DNA of 49,093 nucleotides from a virus (Duplodnaviria; Heunggongvirae; Uroviricota; Caudoviricetes): IMG/VR virus record IMGVR_UViG_2718218136_000007, positions 1 to 49,093 of that record; one strand, 5' to 3'. Shown piece by piece: positions 21,616 to 34,639 of this stretch (position 1 is its first letter; each line of letters starts with the position of its first letter). The notes under the pieces were generated by a model. It saw only the letters and a program-made list of their open reading frames with translations, ran no database searches and was not told where the DNA came from. The position numbers and the translations under genes were made by a program.

Positions 21616-22519
21616 TCGCCCTCCTGAGAGACGGGATTTACGTGCATCCAGTGCATCACGCATAACGGTGATCGCATCGGTGCTGTTGACAAGTTCATCA
21701 GCCAGTCCGGCATCAATGGCCTCCTGACCGCTGTACACTGCAGCCTCGGTATCCAGCACAGCCTGCACGGACAGGCCGGTATATGCCGACACCTTCTGCG
21801 CAAACATCCGGCGGGTTGCATCCATCCGGGACTGCAGTGTCTCCCGGACATCACCCGGTAGATGGCTGTAGGGGTTGCCATCCACCTTATGGCTGCCGCT
21901 GTAAATCAGCGTGATTTCCACGCCCTGTTTCTCCAGCGCAGCGCCGTAATTACTGTGAGCCATCATGACGCCGATGGAGCCTGTCCGGGCGGTCTGCGTG
22001 ACCAGACGCCGGGAGGCGGCGCTGGCAAGCAGCTGACCTGCACTGCAGTTCATGTCGTTGGCCAGCGCCCATACCGGCTTTATGTCACGCACACGGGCGA
22101 TGATGTCAGCACAGTCAAATGCTCCCGCCACCATCCCGCCCGGTGTGTCCATATCGAGCAGAATGCCGTCCACCATCGGATCGCTGGCAGCCTGTTGCAG
22201 ACGGGCGATAATGCCGTTGTAACCGGTCATTCCCGAATACGGCTGCAGCGCCCGCGTCCGGCTGACCAGCGTACCGGACACCGGCAGCACGGCGATGCCG
22301 TTCATGACCTGATAACTGCGGGCCTGTCGTGGTCCGTCATCATCACCGGATAACGCCAGCGCCGCGGGTGCCTCTCCGGCAGTCAGGCTGTCGCCGGATA
22401 CTGCATCCGTCAGGCGACTGATCCCAAGCTGGCCTGCAAGCGCACAAAAGAAAACCCGCGCATAGGCGGGTTCAAGCATCAGCGGCTCATTAAAAGCCAT
22501 GCTGGCAATATGCGGGAGA

Positions 22520-22539
<20 letters not shown>
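21220..22539 (-). CDS. C: Capsid assembly protease C (GTG start), ClpP/S49-like
   Basis: Starts (GTG)TAELRNLPHIASMAFNEPLMLEPAYARVFF...; plus-strand CAC at 22537-22539 is the reverse complement of GTG; SppA/ClpP-like core. Confidence 0.85.
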
Positions 22540-26220
<3,681 letters not shown>

Positions 26221-26246
<26 letters not shown>

Positions 26247-26766
26247 TCAGCAACCCCGGTATCAGTTCATCCAGCGCGGCTGCTTTGTTCATGGCTTTGA
26301 TGATATCCCGTTTCAGGAAATCAACATGTCGGTTTTCCAGTTCCGGAAAACGCCGCTGCACCGACAGGGGGATCCCGTCGAGAATACTGGCAATTTCACC
26401 TGCGATCCGCGACAGCACGAAAGTACAGAATGCGGTTTCCACCACTTCAGCGGAGTCTCTGGCATTTTTCAGCTCCTGTGCGTCGGCCTGCGCACGCGTA
26501 AGTCGATGGCGTTCGTACTCAATAGTCCCTGGCTGGAGATCTGTCTCGCTGGCCTGCCGCAGTTCTTCAACTTCCCGGCGCAGCTTTTCGTTCTCAATTT
26601 CAGCATCCCTTTCGGCATACCATCTTATAACGGCGGCAGAGTCATAAAGCACCTCATTACCCTTGCCACCGCCTCGCAGAACGGGCATTCCCTGTTCCTG
26701 CCAGTTCTGAATGGTACGGATACTCGCACCGAAAATGTCAGCCAGCTGCTTTTTGTTGACTTCCAT
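26221..26766 (-). CDS. Nu1: Terminase small subunit Nu1
   Basis: 181 aa, MEVNKKQLADIFGASIRTIQNWQEQGMPVLRGGGKGNEVLYD... (winged HTH), overlaps A start. Confidence 0.9.
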
Positions 26767-26960
26767 TGTTCATTCCACGGACAAAAACAGAGAAAGGAAA
26801 CGACAGAGGCCAAAAAGCCCGTTTTCAGCACCTGTCGTTTCCTTTCTTTTCACGGGGTGTTTTAAATAAAAACATTAGGTTACGGCGAAGAAGAACGGAA
26901 ACGCCTTAAACCGGAAAATTGTCATAAATAGCGAAAACCCGCGCGCCTTCCGCCCCGTGA
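26767..26960 (-). other. cos region (cosB plus cosN); predicted cohesive-end dodecamer at 26944-26955
   Basis: Minus-strand reads ACG-GGGCGGAAGGCG-CGCGGGTTTTCGCTATTTATGACAATTTTCCGGTTTAAGGCGTTTCCG... through to the Nu1 ATG; closely resembles the lambda left end as recalled, except in the second half of the 12-nt cohesive end. Confidence 0.7.
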
Positions 26961-27103
26961 GAGCTCAGGTCATCAGAAGGACCCACATTAAAGGCAGAAT
27001 ATTCACTCTGATATTACGCATTGTTTTGCTTTTGTAGATTCGCAATTTACGGTAAAAATACTTTTGCTATTTCTTCGTACCATAAATGCACAGGAGTATC
27101 TTC

Positions 27104-27424
27104 ATGTCCATAAAGGTATTCAGAAGTGACCTTCAGACTGAGAGTGAATCAGACTATCGTAATTGGCTTGGCGATAATCCAGACGGATATGTTGTCAATG
27201 CATTGAAGCGAACCAGAGGTAAAGGTAATAAATCTGACGAATGCTTTACCAGAATCCATAGAGCATCTTGCAAAACGATTAATCCCTTGAAACGCAAGAT
27301 CGATAAAACAGGATTCACAACTGGAGATTATCAAAAAATATGCTCAACCAACTTCCTCAATGTTGAAAATGAAGCAAAGAAAATGACAGGTCTGACAAGC
27401 ATCATCAAATGTCGATGCATCTAA
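27104..27424 (+). CDS. Hypothetical protein (106 aa), AT-rich moron between cos and the lysis genes
   Basis: ATG at 27104 preceded by AGGAG (27093-27097); markedly AT-rich; 5 Cys; no family recognised by eye. Confidence 0.5.
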   Translation: MSIKVFRSDLQTESESDYRNWLGDNPDGYVVNALKRTRGKGNKSDECFTRIHRASCKTINPLKRKIDKTGFTTGDYQKICSTNFLNVENEAKKMTGLTSIIKCRCI

Positions 27425-27641
27425 AGCGTCATGTAATTAACATGTTCACAACACTCTCCGGGTGACCGCTAATGCTGTTGTCAGCCAAAAACTCTACGTT
27501 TCGATTATGCCAATTTTGCACCGCCCGATGCCGATAAATGCGAAAATCCGGCGACTATGTAGCGTAATCAAATCAACGAGATACCACTTTCATGAAATAA
27601 TTATCATCTGTCAGTTCAATATCAATGTTGAGAGAGAATAA

Positions 27642-27794
27642 ATGAGAGGAATGCCAAGAGGAAGTCGAGGACAGAGGGCTGTCCAATCAACTGCAAGAAG
27701 AGCAAGACGATCAAATGCCAGCCATTCTGACCAATTAGGATGCCTGGCACTAATCATCGTTGGCCTGATATTTATCTATTTCATGGCTAATTAG
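27642..27794 (+). CDS. Small predicted tail-anchored membrane peptide (50 aa), Arg-rich N-terminus
   Basis: Translates to MRGMPRGSRGQRAVQSTARRARRSNASHSDQLGCLALIIVGLIFIYFMAN; single C-terminal hydrophobic helix; below the 60-aa ORF-track cutoff; converges on Rz. Confidence 0.35.
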   Translation: MRGMPRGSRGQRAVQSTARRARRSNASHSDQLGCLALIIVGLIFIYFMAN

Positions 27795-27804
27795 CAAAGA
27801 TTGC

Positions 27805-28248
27805 TCATCTTACACACTGCGTGCGAATGTATTGCTGCAAGCCTCGGATCATTTTATCACTGGTTTCAATCCGCTTTCTAAGGGTGAAATAATCCCGTTG
27901 AGCGGTGTCAGTAAGTCTGGGGCTGGTGCCATCATCCACGCCGGAGGCGGCGGTGATTTTATGCATGTCTGGACAGACAGCTTTGACGCGCAGCCACTTA
28001 CGCCCAGCAGAAACATCAGCACGAAGACTTTCGATAGTCGCGTTAGCATCAGCAAGCTCCTTTGTGTATCTGGCGTCGAGTTCTGCTACATCACGTTGAC
28101 GCTTCTGCATATCAGCGATAGTGGATGCGGCTTTGTCGCGCTGCTCTTTGTAGGCGATGGCGTTATCACGGTAATGATTAACAGCCCATAACAGGCAGAC
28201 GATGATGCAGATAATCAGAGCGGAGATAATCGCGGTTACTCTGCTCAT
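27805..28248 (-). CDS. Rz: Spanin inner-membrane subunit Rz (i-spanin)
   Basis: Starts [30 protein letters not shown] (N-terminal TM) then coiled coil; ATG at 28248 overlaps R stop (ATGA). Confidence 0.85.
   Translation of the reverse strand: MSRVTAIISALIICIIVCLLWAVNHYRDNAIAYKEQRDKAASTIADMQKRQRDVAELDARYTKELADANATIESLRADVSAGRKWLRVKAVCPDMHKITAASGVDDGTSPRLTDTAQRDYFTLRKRIETSDKMIRGLQQYIRTQCVR
27849..28055 (-). CDS. Rz1: Spanin outer-membrane lipoprotein subunit Rz1 (o-spanin), embedded in Rz in the +1 frame
   Basis: Lipobox LLGVSGC, Pro-rich PPPPAW motif; wholly inside Rz. Confidence 0.75.
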   Translation of the reverse strand: MLMLTRLSKVFVLMFLLGVSGCASKLSVQTCIKSPPPPAWMMAPAPDLLTPLNGIISPLESGLKPVIK

Positions 28249-28742
28249 TGCTGCCCCCACAAACAGACTTCACGCTCAATCTCACGACGAGTCATCAGGC
28301 CTTTCCATTGCTTACCGCCAGCGTATATCCAGCGACGTAGCTGGTCACATGCGCCTTTGATATCGCCCTGGTTTATTTTGCGAAGAAGCGTCGATGTTCT
28401 GAAATTGCCAGCACCCACGTTGTAGACGAACGAGTAAAGAGCGCCGCGCGTTGTTTCCGGTATATCGACTTTGATGTACGGGTTAATTTGTCTGGCAACC
28501 GTGGCAAGGTCTTTATTCAGGAGGGCTTTGCATTCTGCTTCGGTATACGTTTTACCGAGCATGATGTCTTTTCCGGTGTGTCCGTGACATACAGTCCATA
28601 CGCCAACGATATCTTTGTATGGTATGTAGCTGACACCTTCCAGGCCATCGTCACCACTTGGGCCAGTGATTAACACTGATGCTATAGCAATTGCTCCGCC
28701 ACCAATAGCAGCAGCAACTGCTTTTCGTAATGATGGAGGCAT
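28245..28742 (-). CDS. R: SAR endolysin (T4-lysozyme-like, GH24), phage-21 R type
   Basis: 165 aa; N-terminal Gly/Ala-rich signal-anchor-release segment [20 protein letters not shown]; lysozyme-like body; matches phage 21 R as recalled. Confidence 0.85.
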   Translation of the reverse strand: MPPSLRKAVAAAIGGGAIAIASVLITGPSGDDGLEGVSYIPYKDIVGVWTVCHGHTGKDIMLGKTYTEAECKALLNKDLATVARQINPYIKVDIPETTRGALYSFVYNVGAGNFRTSTLLRKINQGDIKGACDQLRRWIYAGGKQWKGLMTRREIEREVCLWGQQ

Positions 28743-28957
28743 TATTCACCTCTCGCAGCCTTGCGCTTATCTTCTTTAATCTTGAAATAAAGGTTTGTCA
28801 GGTACGTCAGCAGGCCAAATACCAGACTACCCAGCACACCTATTGCCGCCCACTGTGAGGGCGTGACTTTATCGAGCAACTGTAAAAACCAGTACCCGGC
28901 ACTACCTGCTGAGGTGCCATAGGCGACACCCGTTGTTAACTTATCCATGGATTTCAT
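28742..28957 (-). CDS. S: Pinholin (class II holin, S21-like) with dual-start MKSM motif
   Basis: Starts [71 protein letters not shown] from ATG 28957; two TM segments; stop overlaps R start. Confidence 0.85.
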
Positions 28958-29024
28958 AACCCCACCTCGCAGATGCGGGTGCTGTGTAATGGAAATAAAA
29001 AGGCCACCTGACGTGGCCACCAGA

Positions 29025-30077
29025 TTATTTCCCCACCAGCTCGTTTATCTCTTTCACTGTCTGGTTAAACCGCTCTGACTCAAGCTCAACACCTAAGGCC
29101 CGACGCCCCAGCGCCATTGCTGCTTTTATTGTGGAACCGGATCCCATAAAAAAATCAGCAACCAGATCACCAGGTCGACTACTGGCATTGATTATTTGCC
29201 TGAGCATATCCGCCGGTTTCTCACACGGATGTTTACCCGGGTAGAACTGAACGGGTTTATGCATCCAGACATCGGTATAAGGCACGGAGACTGATACGGA
29301 GAAATAGCGCCGGAGAGATTTAAACTCATCCAGCAATTCAGAATATTTGCGATTCAGTGAATCATAAGATGCCACCAGCTGGTGGTGTGGTTGTTCCAGT
29401 TGTTGTTCCTGAAACTTCTCTGCCGCTATACGGGAAAACAGTGCCTGTAACTTCCGATAGTCAGCCTCATTCGGCAACTGCCACTGACTGGCACCAAACC
29501 AGTGGGAAACCATATTTTTCTTACCTGTGGCTTCGGCAATTTGTTTTGCCGTTATACCCAGTTCGGCACGAGCATCCCTGAAATACGATATCAGCGGTGC
29601 CATTATGTGCTGTTTGAGTTCCCTTTCTTTTGCCGCATAGCCGTCACTTTTGCCGCGATATGGCCCCTGGTAATGTTCAGCAAACAGAACGCGCTCTGTG
29701 GCAGGAAAATATGCGCGCAGACTTTCTTTATTACACCCATTCCAACGTCCGGACGGCTTCGCCCAGATGATATGGTTAAGCACGTTGAAACGTTCACGTA
29801 TCATGATCTCAATATCAGATGCCAGGCGATGCCCACAGAACAGGTAAAGGCTTCCGGCAGGTTTTAACACCCGCCAGAACTGGGCCAGACAGTGGTCCAG
29901 CCACTTAAGGTAATCTTCGTCCCCTTTCCACTGATTGTCCCAGCCGTTGGGTTTCACCTTGAAGTACGGCGGATCGGTAACAATCAGGTCAATGGAATCA
30001 TCAGGCAGGGACTGAATAAAATGCAGGCAATCAGCGTTGATTAAATCAACACTGTTTATTTTTACAGTATTTTTCAT
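29025..30077 (-). CDS. DNA methyltransferase (N6-adenine/N4-cytosine class, DPPY motif), apparently orphan
   Basis: 350 aa; IVTDPPYF catalytic motif at residues about 32-39; FxGSGST AdoMet-binding motif near C-terminus; no adjacent restriction enzyme ORF. Confidence 0.8.
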
Positions 30078-30227
30078 GGATCAGTAAGCGTAACTCTGGT
30101 AGGCTCACTCTGCTTTTGCGCTAAAGCAGTGGGCCGTGGTTCGCTTGTGACCAGTAAGCATGAGCGAATGGCTGGCAGGTGCTACCAACACCCACCAGCC
30201 GCCCATTTTCACAGCAGGAAACCGCCA

Positions 30228-30455
30228 TTACTGGCAGCGTCTGAATTTATTCCCGTACCCGCCGTTATCCTTCGCCAGCCCCGCCAGAACTAACTGAGTC
30301 AGTATTAACTGGCACCGGGCTTCGCTTACTCCGGTAGTTCTCGTCATCATGCGTGGCGTTACCCACTTGTCAGCAGGTAAGAAATGAAGGACTGCGGCGG
30401 CGGTTTCTGTCATATCTTGCTGTTTTAGCATGTCTTTTTCCCTTCTGGTTAACAT
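30228..30455 (-). CDS. Hypothetical small protein (75 aa) between tR' and the methyltransferase
   Basis: ORF only; weak ribosome-binding site; possible HTH-like segment TTGVSEARCQLILTQLVLAGLA. Confidence 0.3.
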   Translation of the reverse strand: MLTRREKDMLKQQDMTETAAAVLHFLPADKWVTPRMMTRTTGVSEARCQLILTQLVLAGLAKDNGGYGNKFRRCQ

Positions 30456-30553
30456 GACATACCAGTAACTCTTGTCTAAAAAGCCAGCAAGATAAAAAGT
30501 CAGTATTCACGACCACCAGCGTGTTTACTGTACTGCACCAAGTTTACAGGTAC

Positions 30554-30576
30554 AAAAAAACCCGCTCAGTGGCGGG
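30554..30576 (-). terminator. Candidate intrinsic terminator tR' downstream of Q/pR'
   Basis: Minus-strand RNA CCCGC-CACUGA-GCGGG followed by U7 (plus-strand A7 at 30554-30560). Confidence 0.6.
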
Positions 30577-30624
30577 TTCTTAAATCTTATCAACGGTAGA
30601 CATACAAAGCCCATCGTTGTGAAA

Positions 30625-30653
30625 ATCTTATCCATATTTTTTGAAAAACGCAA
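30625..30653 (-). promoter_or_regulatory. Candidate late promoter pR' (-35 TTGCGT, 17-bp spacer, -10 TAAGAT) immediately downstream of Q
   Basis: Minus-strand hexamers at 30653-30648 and 30630-30625; lies between the Q stop and tR' as in lambdoid phages; predicted short terminated transcript. Confidence 0.35.
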
Positions 30654-30684
30654 GCATCATGTCGTCATCTTCGGCGAAAACCAT

Positions 30685-31437
30685 TTATCTTGTCACCTTT
30701 CTCAATTGTATCTCTGCATATGCTTCTTCCTGCCAGCACTTTGTAACCAGTTTATCAATGACATCTGCATATCCTTTGTACCACTGATAATCCGTCAGGT
30801 CTGGTACCAGCTTCTGGACATGAAGCCGCGCCAGTGTGGTTGGTAAACGGCTAAACCGGTTTCCATTGCAACGCCCACAAACCTTATAAACAGGCGTGCC
30901 ATGAAGCCGGGTTCTTTTTTCATCCAGGACAATACCTTTACCCTTACACCCTCTGCACGCTGTGCTGACTTCTCCCTTACCATGACAATGCTGACACAGT
31001 TCCTTCACCCACTCTTCCTTGATAACAGATTCCCCGCTTCTGGAGTGTTTCACCACTTCGCGCAATACATTATGAAATCCAGTACCAGCACAATGCTCAC
31101 AGCGAGCCTTACTTGCCGCAGACCTGGAATAATCAGCAAAGGCAAAATTCACAAGGTAAGGGATGATCTGTAACCGGGTTTCTTCACTCAATTTGTTCAA
31201 TGTCGGGTTATCCAGTGCCATCGCGTAATTGAGCAGACCTTCAATCGCAAACTGAGGATCCTGAACACCAACTTTTGCCAGGAATAAGGCAAACCCAAGC
31301 GGTGCTTTCGACTGCACCATCCCCTGCGCAGCCATTACATCCGTAATTGTTAAACCACCAGAGCCTGTCGCCGGTGCGTCATCGCTCAATTTTGGAGATT
31401 TCGGGGAGTAATATTTCGGTAAGGCTTCAAGGTTCAT
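30685..31437 (-). CDS. Q: Late antitermination protein Q (zinc-binding; phage 82/Qin QuuQ-like family)
   Basis: About 250 aa from ATG 31437; multiple CxxC motifs (CEHCAGTG, CQHCHGKG, CRGCKGKG, CGRCNGN); position immediately upstream of pR'/tR' and lysis genes. Confidence 0.8.
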   Translation of the reverse strand: MNLEALPKYYSPKSPKLSDDAPATGSGGLTITDVMAAQGMVQSKAPLGFALFLAKVGVQDPQFAIEGLLNYAMALDNPTLNKLSEETRLQIIPYLVNFAFADYSRSAASKARCEHCAGTGFHNVLREVVKHSRSGESVIKEEWVKELCQHCHGKGEVSTACRGCKGKGIVLDEKRTRLHGTPVYKVCGRCNGNRFSRLPTTLARLHVQKLVPDLTDYQWYKGYADVIDKLVTKCWQEEAYAEIQLRKVTR

Positions 31438-31450
31438 GCTCGTTCTCCAC

Positions 31451-32446
31451 TTACGCCAGCACGCCAATTGCCAGCGCACGATCGATAAAACGAAATATCA
31501 GCTCCAGCTGGGAGCCATACTTCTCTTCAAATGCCACGGTATCCGCATGCAGCTCGTCGTGATGCTTTCTGCACAAAGGCAACACAAAAAGGTCATGCGC
31601 TTTTGTTCCCATTCCCCCCTGACCGTGACCTATCAGGTGGTGGGGATCATCAGCGGGCTTTCCACAACATGCACACGGCTGTGTCTTAACCCAGCGCGTG
31701 TACTTTTCATTAACCCAGCGGCGACGTTTTGGGCGTAACATAAAAGACTCCGGCGACTCCGGATCCACTTTCAGCGCCAGCACCTTTTTCGCCTTATCCT
31801 GGATGATGCTGGTGGCAGGAACCGAAGGCACAAGGTCACTTTCCCGGGAGACAGACGGCACAACAGGCTTCGGTAATCTCAGTGCCTTACGGGCTGCACT
31901 TTCCGGTAAGGCATCCGCCAGGTCATTACGAATCAGCCACCAGCACAGTTCCGGCATTGTCACAACGTGACTGTCATCAAAACCGAGATCCCGACGCACA
32001 ACAGACAACACCCAGCGGGCACAGTTATCCGTTGCCATTGATTCCAGCCGTTCCGTGAACTGATCGCGCAGCTGGTTATCGCAGTGCCAGCACAGACGGA
32101 TTGCGCCCGGAGCGTGTCGCATTGTGGTCATGTTCTCGCTGTGCCAGTCGGAATGAGGCCACTGGCAGCCTTTTTCACGAAGTAACCAGCTTTCAAGACA
32201 TTCCACGCCACCAGCACGACGGATCACTGCCTCATTGCGGAACACGGCCCGAACGGCAGGATCATCCGCCAGCGGTTGTGATGCCGCCGGAACTGCACCA
32301 CTGGCGAAAGATGAATAACGTTCCGGCTCAGGCTCCAGCAGGACACGCCCCTGCATAAACAGGGGCATCAACTCTGAACCTGGCCTGAACAATACGATCC
32401 CCATACGCGGGGCAATTTCAGGGGTCAGTAGTGCTCTCACGGTCAC
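31451..32446 (-). CDS. DUF968-family protein (YdfU-like) with C-terminal HNH-like motif
   Basis: 331 aa; C-terminal CACCGKPADDPHHLIGHGQGG...LCRKHHDELH; position immediately upstream of Q as ydfU in Qin-like prophages. Confidence 0.6.
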   Translation of the reverse strand: MTVRALLTPEIAPRMGIVLFRPGSELMPLFMQGRVLLEPEPERYSSFASGAVPAASQPLADDPAVRAVFRNEAVIRRAGGVECLESWLLREKGCQWPHSDWHSENMTTMRHAPGAIRLCWHCDNQLRDQFTERLESMATDNCARWVLSVVRRDLGFDDSHVVTMPELCWWLIRNDLADALPESAARKALRLPKPVVPSVSRESDLVPSVPATSIIQDKAKKVLALKVDPESPESFMLRPKRRRWVNEKYTRWVKTQPCACCGKPADDPHHLIGHGQGGMGTKAHDLFVLPLCRKHHDELHADTVAFEEKYGSQLELIFRFIDRALAIGVLA

Positions 32447-32447
32447 C

Positions 32448-33257
32448 TCAATGAACGGTATCGAGCAGCTTTAACAGCTCAGGGAATCGGGATTCGAAGA
32501 AATGCGGCTGCGTCTCGCGCGGATTTGCGGGACTGGTGATATTCTTGCCGAACATGCAGCCTTTCGCTGTCAGCGACCAGAATTTTTTGATGTTGTTAAT
32601 CGCGGTACGGCTGTATCGTTCGCGCTGCTCGACGATCCCCAGCTTCACCATCTGGTGATATGCCTGATTAGCTGTCAGGCGGATACCATACTGCTTCAGC
32701 AGTGCACTCAGTGACAGCGTGGGGCGGCTTGAGCCATCAGGCGCGTCAGCAGGAGCATCAATGGCATAGCGTGGTGCCAGATTCGGTAAGCCAACAGCCT
32801 CCTGGAGTTTCTGACAGGCCCCAAGCACAGATGAGTTAGACAGGTTTAACTCCCGGCGCATAAAGTCCAGCAGAATCACGCCAGCCTGCATCTTGTCAGC
32901 AGCCTGCCCGGATAATTTTTCCGGTGCGCTGGTTACCATATCGAAAGTACGGATCACCTTCAGATGGAATGACGGGCTGATCCACATTGCATAGGCATAC
33001 ACCAGTTCCTTGCAGACATAAGTTCCCCGTTCATTTCCCCCATGAATCACACTCACCGGGTCAACACCCAAATTCTGGGTGTTGGTCAATTCATGAACAA
33101 GTTCAACAGTTTGTTGGCTGGAAAGAAACTTTCCTGGCTCCTTGGTTCTGGCATTTGCACCAGATGCTACTGCTGCGCGATGCAGATCGTTCAGGCTGTA
33201 ACGCCCATAAACATCACGACGAACTTCAATACCATCAATAACCATCAGATTATTCAT
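32448..33257 (-). CDS. KilA-N domain protein
   Basis: 269 aa; N-terminal MVIDGIEVRRDVYGRYSLNDLHRA...GTYVCKELVYAYAMWISPSFHLKVIRTF fits the KilA-N/APSES-like fold pattern. Confidence 0.6.
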   Translation of the reverse strand: MNNLMVIDGIEVRRDVYGRYSLNDLHRAAVASGANARTKEPGKFLSSQQTVELVHELTNTQNLGVDPVSVIHGGNERGTYVCKELVYAYAMWISPSFHLKVIRTFDMVTSAPEKLSGQAADKMQAGVILLDFMRRELNLSNSSVLGACQKLQEAVGLPNLAPRYAIDAPADAPDGSSRPTLSLSALLKQYGIRLTANQAYHQMVKLGIVEQRERYSRTAINNIKKFWSLTAKGCMFGKNITSPANPRETQPHFFESRFPELLKLLDTVH

Positions 33258-33276
33258 ACTTCGTTTCTCCTCTTAA

Positions 33277-33666
33277 TCAGGCGGCTGCACCCGCCGGTTT
33301 CTCATACTTACTGATAGTGATCTCGACCTTCCCTTTCGGGATAACCGGTCCCCACTCCACCAGCATTCTTTTCACCTGTCTGTCGTCTTCCCACACACCC
33401 GCGTGGGTCAACGCGTCAAACAGCGCCTTGTTATAGTTGTCCAGATCGCGGATCCGGTTATCCGGAGGAAACAACACGATCTCCACTGAAGCAGGTGCCG
33501 ACGTTGGTTTTGGCAGACGACGTAACTGCTCAACTATTGCTGCGCACGCCGCGCTCTGAAATTTTCGCCCCGCCGCGCTTATCAGGCTCTTACCAGCAAA
33601 TGCCCCTTTGTTGGGGTGTCGCCAGTACGTGTTCACGCTGGGCGGAAAAGGCAGGATCAGCTTCAT
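33277..33666 (-). CDS. rusA: Holliday junction resolvase RusA
   Basis: 129 aa; motifs DLDNYNKALFDALT and WEDDRQV match RusA catalytic region (compare E. coli RusA [25 protein letters not shown]). Confidence 0.8.
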   Translation of the reverse strand: MKLILPFPPSVNTYWRHPNKGAFAGKSLISAAGRKFQSAACAAIVEQLRRLPKPTSAPASVEIVLFPPDNRIRDLDNYNKALFDALTHAGVWEDDRQVKRMLVEWGPVIPKGKVEITISKYEKPAGAAA

Positions 33667-33989
33667 GCTTTCAGGCCTCTCTCATGTAACCAGTGGGTTG
33701 CACGCAGCCTTGCGTTTTCCTCACCGGCAAGCAGTGAGCGGATAATCCCGACCGCCTCGCTGTCGTCGTCCTTCACCGCGGTATGAAGCGTTATCCCCCG
33801 GGCCACGCCACGCTTTATCGTGATGACACCTTTTTTCTCCAGTGCGCGAAGATGCTCCACCGCTGCATTCACTGAACGGTATCCCAGCATGGTTGCCACC
33901 TCCTGATTGGTTGGCGGGAAGCCACGTTCTTTCTGGTAAGAAATCAGCATATCCAGCACCTGCTGCTGGCATTGAGTTAATGTCGTCAT
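33663..33989 (-). CDS. LexA DNA-binding-domain-like protein (winged HTH only, no S24 peptidase domain)
   Basis: 108 aa; LTQCQQQVLDMLISYQKERGFPPTNQEVATMLGYRSVNAAVEHLRALEKKGVI aligns by eye with the LexA N-terminus ([53 protein letters not shown]). Confidence 0.65.
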   Translation of the reverse strand: MTTLTQCQQQVLDMLISYQKERGFPPTNQEVATMLGYRSVNAAVEHLRALEKKGVITIKRGVARGITLHTAVKDDDSEAVGIIRSLLAGEENARLRATHWLHERGLKA

Positions 33990-34639
33990 GCCGCCATCTC
34001 CCTGACCAGTTTTTCCGCCTGCTGGCGAACCTGCGCCAGAAAGGCCTCACCACATGCCTCAAGTTCATCGCGCCCGATGTAGCTGATTGCCGGTCCCTTC
34101 CAGGTCTTGTCGAAAACAGCAATAGCACCAGCGAAGAAAGCGCCTGTCGGCACCTGCTTCTCGTCCTTCGGGATAAACCAGGCTGGCAGTTCAAAACCAA
34201 TACGCCCGCGAATAAAAGCAATATGGTCTGCATCTTCCGGCCACCAAACTTCGCTGGTGGCAGCTTTGATCAGGAAAACATAGCGCCCGCCTTTATCACG
34301 CATAGCACTGGCATGTTTCATGATGTAACGCATGCCGGTGATGTATTGCCCCTCATGCTGACTGGCGCGGCTGTACGGGGGATTACCAAAGGCAGCACCT
34401 TTAAGCTCCGCAAGACGTTCTGACCAGTCATGCGCCAGCGCGTTGTCTTCCGCAGTGTAATAAGCGGCACATTTGGCGTTATCACCATCAGTAAACAGAT
34501 CCAGAACAAACGGGCCAAACAGGGTGTTAATTCCCCAGAAAATGTTGTCCGGCGTGCGCCACTGATCGCCCACTTCCTTCAGTTCATGGGCTGGTTTGTT
34601 CCGCAGCTCCACCAGCGCCTGGCAATATTTATTACTCAT
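33986..34639 (-). CDS. Phage Dam-like N6-adenine DNA methyltransferase (NPPY motif)
   Basis: FGNPPYS motif; ATG at 34639 overlaps upstream stop (TAATG); track ORF extends to 34672. Confidence 0.75.
   Translation of the reverse strand: MSNKYCQALVELRNKPAHELKEVGDQWRTPDNIFWGINTLFGPFVLDLFTDGDNAKCAAYYTAEDNALAHDWSERLAELKGAAFGNPPYSRASQHEGQYITGMRYIMKHASAMRDKGGRYVFLIKAATSEVWWPEDADHIAFIRGRIGFELPAWFIPKDEKQVPTGAFFAGAIAVFDKTWKGPAISYIGRDELEACGEAFLAQVRQQAEKLVREMAA

Noticed and set aside
30078-30227. Possible tRNA genes between Q and the lysis genes (as in Stx-type phages)
   Set aside because: No T-loop (GTTCRANYC) or cloverleaf-compatible segment recognisable on either strand
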